A stretch of DNA of 64,000 bases from an uncultured Gemmatimonadaceae bacterium. Lineage in GTDB: Bacteria; Gemmatimonadota; Gemmatimonadetes; Gemmatimonadales; Gemmatimonadaceae. Position 1 is the first letter of the stretch; the number at the start of each line of letters is the position of its first letter. The translations under genes and the position numbers were made by a program. Shown here in pieces: positions 48,686 to 58,195 of the stretch. Under the pieces are notes generated by a model, which did no database searches, was not told the origin of the DNA, and saw only the letters and a program-made list of their open reading frames with translations. The stretch spans positions 608,001 to 672,000 of the forward strand of contig CAWGJO010000020.1 of assembly GCA_963822945.1 (NCBI GenBank), in the 5' to 3' direction.

Positions 48686-49000
48686 TCACTCCTTGGCTTT
48701 CGTGGGACGGCTGGACTTGAACATTTCCAGCATCCGCTCGGTCACCACGTAGCCCCCGGCCACGTTGGCCGCGCCGAGGAACACGCCGACGAACCCGACC
48801 ACCTGCTCGGGCGTCGTACTGGCATTGAGCAGGGCATACATCGCACCCACCACGACGATGCCATGCACGAAGTTGGAGCCCGACATCAGCGGCGTGTGCA
48901 GGATGGCCGGCACACGCCCAATGACTTCATAGCCGGTGAACGCCGCGAGCATGAAGATGTACAGCGCGACGAATCCGACGATTCCCGTTTCTACGGTCAT
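48686..49000 (-). CDS. pntA: NAD(P) transhydrogenase subunit alpha part 2 (membrane)
   Basis: VPAILHTPLMSGSN, NVAGGYVVTERMLEMF. Confidence 0.92.
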   Translation of the reverse strand: MTVETGIVGFVALYIFMLAAFTGYEVIGRVPAILHTPLMSGSNFVHGIVVVGAMYALLNASTTPEQVVGFVGVFLGAANVAGGYVVTERMLEMFKSSRPTKAKE

Positions 49001-49016
49001 GAATCTCTCCCGTGCG

Positions 49017-50144
49017 CTAAGCCGATTCCACGGCCGTGCGGGCCGCGTCGTTCTTGATCTCGCCACCGTGCGTGAGCGCCGTCTTGGCGACGACCTCGTC
49101 CTCCCAGTCGAGCGCGAATCCTCCGTCCTTGACCAGCAGATCGAGAAGGTTCAGCACGTTCTTGGCGTAGAGTTCGCTTGCATGTTCGCCGAGGAGCGAC
49201 GGCACGTTCAGCGGGGCGGCGACGGTCACCTGCCCCACGCGGATGGTCTCGCCGGGCTTGGTGTATTCGCAGTTGCCGCCGCCTTCGGCCGCGAGGTCGA
49301 TGATGACGGCGCCGTTCTTCATGCCGTCAACCTGTGCCTTGCTGATCAGCTTCGGCGCCGGGCGTCCCGGCACGGCCGCGGTGGTGATCACCACGTCGGC
49401 CTGCTGAATGTGCCGCGTCAGCGCCGCCGCCACCTTCTGCTTCTCCTCGGCGGTCAGTTCCCGGGCATAGCCGCCCTCACCGCGCGCGTCGACGCCCGTG
49501 TCGACGAACTTCGCACCCAGCGACGCCGCTTCCTCGCGCGTCTCCGGTCGAACGTCGTATCCCTCGACCACCGCGCCCAACCGCCGCGCCGTGGCAATCG
49601 ACTGCAGGCCCGCCACGCCGAGACCGATCACGAGCACGGTCGCCGGCCGCAGGGCACCGGTGGCCGTCGTCATGCGCGGCAGGATGCGCGGAAGCTCGGT
49701 GCCGGCCAGCAGCACCGCATAGTATCCGGCAAGCGCCGCCTGGCTGGACAGCGCATCCATGGCCTGCGCCCGCGTGATGCGCGGCACCAGCTCCATGGCA
49801 AAGCAGGTGATGCCCCGGTCGCGCAGGAGCTTCACCAGGTCGGGTTCGCGATGCGCATACACGAACGAGATGAGCACGGCGCCCTGCTTCATCGCCTTCA
49901 CGACCTCGAGCGAGGGCGGCTGCACCGCCAGCACGAGATCCGCGTCGCCGACCAGCGCCGGCAGATCCGTGGCGATCGTGACGTTTCGGTAGGCGCTGTC
50001 CGGAAGGCTCACTGCCTCGCCGGCACCCGCCTGCAACCGAACTTCTGCGCCGAGTTTGACCAATTTATCGACAACGGCCGGCACCATGGCTACGCGCCGT
50101 TCACCAGTCCGCGTCTCTTTCAATACCGCGACTTTCAGTGACAT
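49017..50144 (-). CDS. pntA: NAD(P) transhydrogenase subunit alpha part 1 (NAD-binding)
   Basis: ERRVAMVP, PRITRAQAMDALSSQA, GLGVAGLQ, GGYA, DLAAEGGGNC. Confidence 0.93.
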   Translation of the reverse strand: MSLKVAVLKETRTGERRVAMVPAVVDKLVKLGAEVRLQAGAGEAVSLPDSAYRNVTIATDLPALVGDADLVLAVQPPSLEVVKAMKQGAVLISFVYAHREPDLVKLLRDRGITCFAMELVPRITRAQAMDALSSQAALAGYYAVLLAGTELPRILPRMTTATGALRPATVLVIGLGVAGLQSIATARRLGAVVEGYDVRPETREEAASLGAKFVDTGVDARGEGGYARELTAEEKQKVAAALTRHIQQADVVITTAAVPGRPAPKLISKAQVDGMKNGAVIIDLAAEGGGNCEYTKPGETIRVGQVTVAAPLNVPSLLGEHASELYAKNVLNLLDLLVKDGGFALDWEDEVVAKTALTHGGEIKNDAARTAVESA

Positions 50145-50641
50145 CAAACGCTCCGTCAATCCGGTGCTGATGGGCACGACCGGCCCTTCGCCGGCCGCGC
50201 CGCTCGCATCATTTCTTGCGCCTGTAAGACTGGAAGACCCCGACTGCCCACGCCCGTCGGTTGGGCCCCGGACCTGGATCGGCTCCGGACACCGCCGGCC
50301 GTAGCCGGCAACCCGCGCTCGCCATCTCGCATGGCGTACCACCGAAACAACCGGCGGTCGCACGGGCAGGCGCACGAACTATAACATGATGGGACGACGA
50401 ATAGGGAGTTCGCGATCGGGGCACCCGTTGCGCTCGGCCATCGAGCGAAGACACGGTGAAATCGCCGGTCCGAACACGACCGAATCCCTCGGAATCCCGT
50501 CTGGAGCCGCGCCCGCCGTGCTCCCGAAGCCCATCCGGGTGCCGAACTGGCGTGCTCCGCCGGGTCCGCCGAGTTTGCAACGTGGGGACCCGGCGCCGGG
50601 TACCTTTCTCGCACGCTCTCTCATGGGAACCGACGACGGAC

Positions 50642-51229
50642 ATGTCGCAGAGAACCTCCTTCTGGCTCACCCTGGGCACATTCGCCACCACACTCGTCGC
50701 GATCGCCGGATACCACGGTGACGTCGCGGCGGGACACTTCATCCCGCGTGGCCAGATGGCCATCGTCGGCGTCGCGACACTCGTCGGAGCCGTCGCCGTC
50801 GGGGGAACGCTCCTCGCGGCCCTGAAGCGCCCACGCACGCCCACGCGGCCGCCGGTCGCGTATCGCGGGCAGATGGTCGTCAATGCCTCGACCGCCGCCT
50901 TCATCGTCGGGATGCTCGTCTATCTGATCATCTATCCACCGACTCCATGGGTGTTCGACACGACGCTGGCGCTCGCGTTCGTGTTCGGCATCATGCTCGT
51001 GATCCCCGTGGCCCCGGCGGACGCACCTGCAGTCGTCGCCGTGCTCAACGGCTGCGCGGGCCTCGCGGGGTGCGGCGCGGGGTTCGCCGTCGGCAACGGC
51101 ATCACCGTCATGGCCGCCGCCCTCATTGCGGCAGCAGGGTGGATCCTCGCGATCGCCCTGCAGCGGACCATGACCCGGTCACTGACCAGCGCGGTGTTCG
51201 CCGCATTCGACGAACGGCCCGGCGTCTGA
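50642..51229 (+). CDS. Truncated membrane-only paralogue of PntB
   Basis: Collinear by eye with the second half of the local PntB membrane domain: PVAPADAPAVVAVLN vs PIGGADMPVVISLYN; MTRSLTSAVF vs MNRSVANVLF. Stops before domain III. Confidence 0.75.
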   Translation: MSQRTSFWLTLGTFATTLVAIAGYHGDVAAGHFIPRGQMAIVGVATLVGAVAVGGTLLAALKRPRTPTRPPVAYRGQMVVNASTAAFIVGMLVYLIIYPPTPWVFDTTLALAFVFGIMLVIPVAPADAPAVVAVLNGCAGLAGCGAGFAVGNGITVMAAALIAAAGWILAIALQRTMTRSLTSAVFAAFDERPGV

Positions 51230-51306
51230 CACGGTGAAGCAACCGGTCGCGTATTGACCGCAAGCATCGGATAGCCGGCGCGCGCCCGGCGCGTAGCTTC
51301 CCTCGT

Positions 51307-52410
51307 ATGTCGGAACGGACGCATTCGCCCATCACACACGCGAGCACGCTGTCGGCTGCCGTCGCCTGGCGCGCGATCGTCGCGCGCGATGCCCGCTATG
51401 ACGGCCGTTTCGTGTACGGCGTGACGTCCACGGGCATCTTCTGCCGTCCCTCATGCCCGTCGCGCCGTCCGCGGCGCGACCGCGTGCGCGTGTTCGCCGA
51501 CGCGCCGGCCGCCCGGACCGCCGGGTTCCGCCCGTGCAAGCGCTGCCGGCCGGCCTCGGACGCGCCGTCGCGCATCCAGGCCGCGGTCGCGCAGGCCACG
51601 GAGTACCTGCACCGGCACGCCGGGGAACGCGTCACCCTGGCCACCCTTGCGGGCGAGGTCGCCCTCAGCCCGTATCATCTGCAGCGCGCTTTCACGCGGG
51701 CCGTGGGCGTCTCGCCCCGGGAATACCAGGATGCGCTGCGCCAACGCCGCTTCGTGGAGCGGCTCCGCGCCGGAGATACCGTGAGTCGCGCCACCTACGA
51801 AGCAGGCTATGGATCGAGCAGCCGCGTGTACGGCCGCCGCGAAGTTCGCGCTGGATTGACCCCCGCCGTGTACCGGCGGCGGGCAGCCGGAAAGCGCATG
51901 CACTTCACGATCGTTGCCGTGCCCCTCGGGCGCCTGCTCGTGGCCTTCACCGACGACGGCGTGTGCGCCGTGGAACTCGGTGACGACGACGCCACCCTGG
52001 AGCGCACCCTGCGAGCGGACTTCGCGAACGCCACCATCGCCCGTGCGTCCGGCGGCGCCAACGCCTGGGTGCGCGATATCGCCGAACGCGCCCGGGGACG
52101 TCGGCCCTCGGCCTCCGTCCCCGTCCCCCTCGACGTGCAGGGAACGGCCTTCCAGTGGCGGGTCTGGAAGGCGCTCCAGCGCATTCCGTTCGGGCAGACG
52201 CGATCGTACGCCCAGGTGGCGCGCTCGGTCGGCCGCCCGCGCGCCGTGCGGGCGGTGGCCAACGCCTGCGCGCGCAACCCGGTGGCGCTCGTCGTCCCCT
52301 GTCACCGCGTCGTGCGAAGCGACGGTGCCTCCGGCGGCTACCGCTGGGGGGAAGCACGGAAGGAGGAACTGCTGCGGCGCGAGCACGCGGGCGACGAGCG
52401 GCACCGCTGA
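51307..52410 (+). CDS. ada: Bifunctional Ada regulator / O6-methylguanine-DNA methyltransferase
   Basis: GIFCRPSC, FRPCKRC, AraC HTH, GTAFQ, PCHRV. Confidence 0.93.
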   Translation: MSERTHSPITHASTLSAAVAWRAIVARDARYDGRFVYGVTSTGIFCRPSCPSRRPRRDRVRVFADAPAARTAGFRPCKRCRPASDAPSRIQAAVAQATEYLHRHAGERVTLATLAGEVALSPYHLQRAFTRAVGVSPREYQDALRQRRFVERLRAGDTVSRATYEAGYGSSSRVYGRREVRAGLTPAVYRRRAAGKRMHFTIVAVPLGRLLVAFTDDGVCAVELGDDDATLERTLRADFANATIARASGGANAWVRDIAERARGRRPSASVPVPLDVQGTAFQWRVWKALQRIPFGQTRSYAQVARSVGRPRAVRAVANACARNPVALVVPCHRVVRSDGASGGYRWGEARKEELLRREHAGDERHR

Positions 52411-52510
52411 CGCGCCCGGACGGGCGGGGCGGCGTCTCGCTTCAACCTTTCCCGTCGGCGGGTTGTCCAAGCCGGTGCGTCACAACCTCACTCTCGCACC
52501 GATCCGACCC

Positions 52511-53416
52511 ATGCAATCATTCGCTCGCTCGACCACCACGGTCGCCCTGCTGTTGGCATCTCTCGCCGCGCCGGCCGTGGTCGGCGCGCAGACGGACAAC
52601 CCCTTCACCTGGTCTGGCAGCATGCGTCCGGGCGCCACACTCACGGTGCGTAACTTCAACGGGCGCATCGACGTGCGAGCCGGCACCGGAAGCCGGGTCG
52701 AGGTACGGGCCGAACGCATGTCGTCGCGCAGCCGTTGGGCCGATCTCACCTTCGAGGCCCGGAACGACGGCGGAGACGTCTCGGTCTGCTCCGTCTGGCG
52801 CGGCCACAGCGCCTGCGACCACAGCCGGGGTGGCGACTGGGACGACGATGACCACGACGGGCGCGACATGCGGGCATCGATCTCGATCACCCTGCCCAAG
52901 GGCGTCGCGCTCCGCGGCGCCACGGGAAACGGGGCCGTGACGGTGGAGGGCACCGGCGGTGACGTGGTGATCAGCACCGGCAACGGGGACGTCACCCTCC
53001 GCGGGACTTCCGGAACGGTGAAGGTCTCGTCGGGGAACGGCGGAGTCGAGGTAACGGGCGCCGAGGGCGCGGTGACCGCCAGTACCGGCAATGGGCGGGT
53101 GCGGGTGACCACGGGGAAGGGACCGGTGAATGCGTCCACCGGCAACGGCGACATCACGGTGGACATGCGGTCCGTGGCGGGCACTGAGGACATGAAATTC
53201 ACCACCGGGCACGGCGACATCGACGTCACGCTGCCGGCCTCCATCAACGCCGACTTCGAAGCCAGCACCGGGTGGGGCTCCATCCGTACCGACTTCCCGA
53301 TCCGTGTGGACGGATCTCTCAATCCCCGCCACATCAGGGGAACGATCGGTCGGGGAGGACAGCGGATCCGAATGTCGACCGGTTTCGGCACCGTCGAATT
53401 GCGCAAGGCGAACTGA
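52511..53416 (+). CDS. Secreted DUF4097 beta-strand repeat protein
   Basis: Signal peptide; repeated (S/T)TGNG.V motif. Confidence 0.8.
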   Translation: MQSFARSTTTVALLLASLAAPAVVGAQTDNPFTWSGSMRPGATLTVRNFNGRIDVRAGTGSRVEVRAERMSSRSRWADLTFEARNDGGDVSVCSVWRGHSACDHSRGGDWDDDDHDGRDMRASISITLPKGVALRGATGNGAVTVEGTGGDVVISTGNGDVTLRGTSGTVKVSSGNGGVEVTGAEGAVTASTGNGRVRVTTGKGPVNASTGNGDITVDMRSVAGTEDMKFTTGHGDIDVTLPASINADFEASTGWGSIRTDFPIRVDGSLNPRHIRGTIGRGGQRIRMSTGFGTVELRKAN

Positions 53417-53467
53417 TCGGGCGCTCCCCTCTAGTTGCCGGTCGGGCGTCAGGGTTAAGATGCCCGG

Positions 53468-54673
53468 ATGGTGGCTCCCCTCCCCCAATCCCAGTTCTCG
53501 GTTCCGGCCGACCTGACGTACGTCGCGCTGCTGTTCGCGTTGTTCGTCGTGCCCAAGGCGCTGCAGCGGTATCGCATCCCCGACGCCGTGACGTGCCTCG
53601 TGCTCGGATTCGGTGCGGCGGCGCTGGGGTTGGAACGCGGCAATCAGACGGTGGAGCTGCTCTCCACCTTCGGGATCACCGCCCTGTTTCTGTTCGCCGG
53701 CCTCGAGATCGACGCCCGCGAACTTCGGCGCGACGTGAAGACGCTCGTGCAGCACGTGACGGTCTGGTCGGCCCTGGCGCTCGTGGTCGGCGCGCTCGCC
53801 GTCCAATTCCTGCACCTGCCGTGGCGCGCCGCCGCCCTCACCTCACTGGCACTCGTCACCCCGTCCACGGGATTCATCCTCTCGTCGCTGCGAGCCTTCG
53901 GACTGTCGCCGGCCGAACAGTTCGCCGTGAAGACGAAAGCGGTTGGTTCGGAGCTGGTGGCCCTGGCCGGCCTGTTCTTCATTCTGCAGACGACGTCGTG
54001 GGAGCGCTTTCTCGTTGCCACCGTCGCCATGGTGCTGATCGTCGCGTTCATCCCGTTCGCGTTTCGTGTGTTCGCGACGCGTATCGCGCCGTTCGCGCCG
54101 CGTTCCGAATTCGCGTTTCTGTTGATGGTCGCCGTGGTCTGCGCGTACGCCACACGCGCGCTCGGCGTCTACTATCTCGTCGGCGCATTCCTCGTGGGAG
54201 TGGCGGCCCAGCGCTTCCGCATGCAGCTACCGGCGATGTCGTCGGAGAAGATGGTGGATGCCCTGGAGGCGTTCGGCTCCGTGTTCATCCCGTTCTACTT
54301 CTTCGCGGCGGGCACCCACGTGGAACAGGGACAGTTGGGTTGGTTCGCCGCCGCGGTGGCCACGGGCCTCCTGGTCGTGGTCACGCCGCTACGGGTCTTC
54401 TCCGTGACGACGCACCGTCGCGCGGCCCTCCACGAGTCGTTCTCGCAGAGTCGACGCATCGGGATTGCGCTGGTTCCGACACTCGTCTTCACGCTGGTCC
54501 TGAGCAGCATTCTCCAGCAAGACTTCGGCGCGCCGCAATGGCTGGTGGGCGCGCTGATCATCTACACGGTGGTGAACACGCTGATGCCGGCGTTCCTGCT
54601 GCGCGGGCAGGCGCCCGAGTTCACCGAACCGCTGGCGGAGCGGGCGGCGGAACTGGAAGCGCCGATGCCGTGA
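53468..54673 (+). CDS. Cation:proton antiporter (CPA2-like)
   Basis: About 12 hydrophobic segments; LFLFAGLEID, LVGAFLVG, FIPFYFF..G. Confidence 0.8.
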   Translation: MVAPLPQSQFSVPADLTYVALLFALFVVPKALQRYRIPDAVTCLVLGFGAAALGLERGNQTVELLSTFGITALFLFAGLEIDARELRRDVKTLVQHVTVWSALALVVGALAVQFLHLPWRAAALTSLALVTPSTGFILSSLRAFGLSPAEQFAVKTKAVGSELVALAGLFFILQTTSWERFLVATVAMVLIVAFIPFAFRVFATRIAPFAPRSEFAFLLMVAVVCAYATRALGVYYLVGAFLVGVAAQRFRMQLPAMSSEKMVDALEAFGSVFIPFYFFAAGTHVEQGQLGWFAAAVATGLLVVVTPLRVFSVTTHRRAALHESFSQSRRIGIALVPTLVFTLVLSSILQQDFGAPQWLVGALIIYTVVNTLMPAFLLRGQAPEFTEPLAERAAELEAPMP

Positions 54674-55686
54674 GTGACGCCGCCCACGATCCAGGCGTCG
54701 CCGAAGCCCTTCGACGCAGCGAGCGGGCGGGCCAGCGCGAACTCCGCGTCATCACCACGCCGTCGGGATGCCGCATCCGGATCGGCACCGCCAGTTGGAC
54801 GGACCCGACGATGGTCGCGCCCGGCGTGTTCTATCCGGACGGCGTCGCCAGTCCCGAAGCGCGGCTCCGGTATTATGCATCGCGCTTTCCGCTCGTCGAG
54901 GTCGATTCCACGTACTACGCCATCCCGGCGCGGCGTATGGGCGTGATCTGGGCCGAGCGAACGCCGGCGGACTTCACCTTCAACGTGAAGGCGCACGCGC
55001 TGATGACCGGCCAGCCCACCGAGACCGCGCGCCTGCCGAAGTCGCTCCGTGACGCGCTCCCGAAGGCGACACGCGACAAGCGGCGGATCTACGCCCGGGA
55101 CCTCCCGCCGGAGTTGCTGGACGAAGCCTGGTCGTCGTTCCTCGATGCCCTGGAACCGTTGCGCGCCACGGGAAAGCTGGGAGCCATTCTGCTGCAGTAT
55201 CCACGCTGGGTGCGCCCGTCACGCGCTTCCGCCGCACTGATCGCCGACGCCCGGCGCCGGTTGGGCGACCGGCACGGGGCCGTGGAGTTCCGGCATCGGG
55301 ATTGGATGGCCGACGCCATGCGCGACCGCACCCTCGCGTTGCTCGAACGCACCGGCTTCGCGTATGTGTGCGTGGACGAGCCGCAGGGCCTGGAGAGCAG
55401 CGTCCCGCCGGATGCGGTGACCACCGACCGTCGGCTGTCCATGGTGCGCTTCCACGGGCGGCGGGCGGAATTCTGGGAGGGCCCGGTGGCGAAGGTCAGC
55501 GAGCGATTTCGATATCTGTACGACGACGGACAGCTGCGCGAGTGGCTGCCTCGCATCGCGCGCCTTGCCGAGCGCGCCGAGGAGCTCCACCTGGTCTTCA
55601 ACAACTGCTACGCCAACTACGGCACGACCAATGCCCTCGAGATGGGACGGCTGCTGCGCGGGACGGAGGGCGCGGCGGGGGAGTGA
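54670..55686 (+). CDS. DUF72 family protein
   Basis: IGTASW, LVEVDSTYY, F.VKA, LLQYP, AVEFRH, VDEP, VRFHGR, Y.Y, FNN; GTGA overlap. Confidence 0.88.
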   Translation: MSDAAHDPGVAEALRRSERAGQRELRVITTPSGCRIRIGTASWTDPTMVAPGVFYPDGVASPEARLRYYASRFPLVEVDSTYYAIPARRMGVIWAERTPADFTFNVKAHALMTGQPTETARLPKSLRDALPKATRDKRRIYARDLPPELLDEAWSSFLDALEPLRATGKLGAILLQYPRWVRPSRASAALIADARRRLGDRHGAVEFRHRDWMADAMRDRTLALLERTGFAYVCVDEPQGLESSVPPDAVTTDRRLSMVRFHGRRAEFWEGPVAKVSERFRYLYDDGQLREWLPRIARLAERAEELHLVFNNCYANYGTTNALEMGRLLRGTEGAAGE

Positions 55687-55722
55687 ATGACTGCGGCTAC
55701 ACGCTCTGGCCGCCGCCCGGAA

Positions 55723-58122
55723 TCACTCTCCGTACGGGATCCAGATGTTCTTCACCTGCGTCGCGGCCCGGAGGAACTCGCGCCCCTCACCCTGCGTCCC
55801 GTGCAGCCAGTCACGCTGCCGCCACGAGCACCAGGTGCGTTTCATGTTGGACGCCGAGGCCTGTTCGACCATGCGGACGCCGTCGCGCGAGCCGAAATAC
55901 CACATCGCTTCCACGTCATCGTGCTCGGCGAGCACATTGGCCAGCGCGTCCGTGTCCCCGGTGACGATGTTGACCACGCCGCCGGGCAGATCCGACGTAT
56001 CCAGCACGCCGTAGAAGTCCGTCGCCGAGAGCGGGTGTGCCTGCGACGGAATCATGACCACCGCGTTGCCGCTCCCGATGGCGGGCGCCAGCAGCGATAC
56101 GAAGCCGAGGAGCGGTTGCTCCTCCGGACAGGCGATGCCGATCACACCGATCGGTTCGTGCATGGCCAGAGCGACGCCGCGGATCGGCACGTCGTGCACG
56201 GCCCCGTCGTACTTGTCGGCCCACGCCGCATAGGTGAACAGCCGGGAGATGGCGGCCTGAACCTCGCGCCCGGCGGCGCGGCGGCCGACGCCGGTCTGGG
56301 CGTCGATCCGGGCGGCGAACTCCTGGTCCCGCGCCGAGAGATTCTCGGCGATGTAGTACAGGATCTGGGCGCGCAGATGGCCACTCGCCCTGGCCCACGC
56401 CGGCCACGCCTTGTGGGCCGCTTCCACGGCGTTCCGGATGTCCTTCCGGTTGCCGTCACCCACCTCGCCGAGAAATCGGCCCTTCGGGCCGACGACGGCG
56501 CGCGAGTATCCGCCGTCGGGACGCGCCTGCTTGCCGCCGATGTAGAGTTTGGGCGTCCGGTCGATGGCCGGTCCGCTCCGTCCCTTCACGGTCTTTCCCG
56601 CGCGTTCCGCGGGCTCCGTGGCAAGCGGCTTCGCAGCCGGCCGCACGGCAGCCCCGCGCTCCCAGTCGGCCTTGAGGTACTCCCACATCCCCTCGCGCCC
56701 ACCCTCTCGCCCGAACCCGCTCTCCCGGTAGCCGCCGAAGCCGGCCGACGCATCGAACATGTTGGTGGAATTGATCCACACCACACCGGCTTTGATCTTC
56801 GGCGCGATGTCCAGCGCCAGATTGATGTTCTCCGTCCACACGCTCGCCGCCAGACCGTACGGCGTGTTGTTGGCGAGCGCCACGCTCTCGGCCGGTGTCC
56901 GGAACGTCATCTCCACGAGCACCGGGCCGAAGATCTCCACCTGCGCGATCGTCGAGGCCGGTTCGACGTCCGTGAACAGCGTGGGCGGGTAGAAGTAGCC
57001 ATCGGTCGGGCAGGCCCACGACGGCTGCCACATGGAGGCGCCTTCGGTGACACCCTGGTCCACGAGCTGTTTGATGCGGGCGAGTTGCACGGGCGCCACG
57101 ATTGCTCCCATGTCCACCGCCTTGTCGAGCGGCGAGCCGATTCGCAGCGTCTCCATGCGGGCACGCAGCTTGGCGATCAGGCGATCGGCCACTCCCTCCT
57201 GCACGAGCAGGCGCGAGCCGGCGCAGCACACCTGCCCCTGATTGAACCAGATCGCGTCCACCACGCCCTCGACCACGCTGTCGAGATCGGCGTCCTCGTA
57301 GACGATGAAGGGGCTCTTGCCTCCCAGTTCGAGGCTCAGCTTCTTGCCGCTCCCGGCCGTGGCGCGGCGAATGATGCGTCCGACTTCGGTGGACCCGGTG
57401 AACGCGATCTTGTCCACGTCGTCGTGTTCGACGATCAACCGGCCCGTGTCGCCGTCCCCCGTGACCACGTTGACGACGCCGGCCGGGATTCCGGCACGCT
57501 CGGCGATTTCCGCGAACAGCAGCGCCGTGAGCGGCGTGAACTCCGCGGGCTTCAGCACAACCGTGTTCCCGGCCGCGAGCGCCGGAGCAACCTTCCAGGC
57601 AAGCATCAGGAGCGGGAAGTTCCACGGGATGATCTGACCGACCACGCCCACCGCGCTGTAGCCCGTGAACTCCGTGTCCAGCAGCTGCGCCCAGCCCGCA
57701 TGGTGATAGAAGTGGCGCACCACGAGCGGAATGTCGATGTCGCGGGTCTCGCGGATCGACTTGCCGTTGTTCATGCTCTCCAGCACGGCGAACAGCCGCG
57801 AGTGCTTCTGCACCTCACGGGCCAGCGCGTACAGGAACCGCGCCCGGGCATGACAACCCACCCCCTGCCAGGCGGGCAGCGCCTTTCGCGCTGCCTGCAC
57901 GGCTGCGTCCACCTCCGCTGGTGTGCCCTGCGCCACGCGGGCCAGCACATTGGCCGTCCCGGGATCGATGACGTCGAAACGCTTCGCGGGCTTCGTCCAT
58001 CGGCCACCGATGAAGTGTCCGAACTCGCCGCCGTGGCGCTCGAGCCACTGTTGCGCCTCGGCGCGGCTCTCCGGAGCCGGGCCGTACTCCATCGTTTCGA
58101 AGATTGCGGGAACGCTGGCCAT
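55723..58122 (-). CDS. Two-domain aldehyde dehydrogenase (ALDH16-like)
   Basis: IIPWNFP, AFTGST, LELGGK, GQVCCAG, EIFGPV, then a second degenerate ALDH domain; 799 aa. Confidence 0.9.
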   Translation of the reverse strand: MASVPAIFETMEYGPAPESRAEAQQWLERHGGEFGHFIGGRWTKPAKRFDVIDPGTANVLARVAQGTPAEVDAAVQAARKALPAWQGVGCHARARFLYALAREVQKHSRLFAVLESMNNGKSIRETRDIDIPLVVRHFYHHAGWAQLLDTEFTGYSAVGVVGQIIPWNFPLLMLAWKVAPALAAGNTVVLKPAEFTPLTALLFAEIAERAGIPAGVVNVVTGDGDTGRLIVEHDDVDKIAFTGSTEVGRIIRRATAGSGKKLSLELGGKSPFIVYEDADLDSVVEGVVDAIWFNQGQVCCAGSRLLVQEGVADRLIAKLRARMETLRIGSPLDKAVDMGAIVAPVQLARIKQLVDQGVTEGASMWQPSWACPTDGYFYPPTLFTDVEPASTIAQVEIFGPVLVEMTFRTPAESVALANNTPYGLAASVWTENINLALDIAPKIKAGVVWINSTNMFDASAGFGGYRESGFGREGGREGMWEYLKADWERGAAVRPAAKPLATEPAERAGKTVKGRSGPAIDRTPKLYIGGKQARPDGGYSRAVVGPKGRFLGEVGDGNRKDIRNAVEAAHKAWPAWARASGHLRAQILYYIAENLSARDQEFAARIDAQTGVGRRAAGREVQAAISRLFTYAAWADKYDGAVHDVPIRGVALAMHEPIGVIGIACPEEQPLLGFVSLLAPAIGSGNAVVMIPSQAHPLSATDFYGVLDTSDLPGGVVNIVTGDTDALANVLAEHDDVEAMWYFGSRDGVRMVEQASASNMKRTWCSWRQRDWLHGTQGEGREFLRAATQVKNIWIPYGE

Positions 58123-58195
58123 GAGCCGCTCGTGTTGGGATCAACTGACAACTGATCAACGTCGTGCAGTCCGACTGCCCGACGGTCCGACTCCC

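Noticed and set aside
50395..50600. Possible cobalamin or c-di-AMP riboswitch (AATAGGGA, GGTGAAAT, GAATCC fragments)
   Set aside because: The fragments are not in consensus order and the core elements are missing.
52920..53400. Recurrent ACCGGCAACGG-like repeats
   Set aside because: They encode the TGNG repeats of the DUF4097 protein; not a CRISPR array or DNA repeat element.
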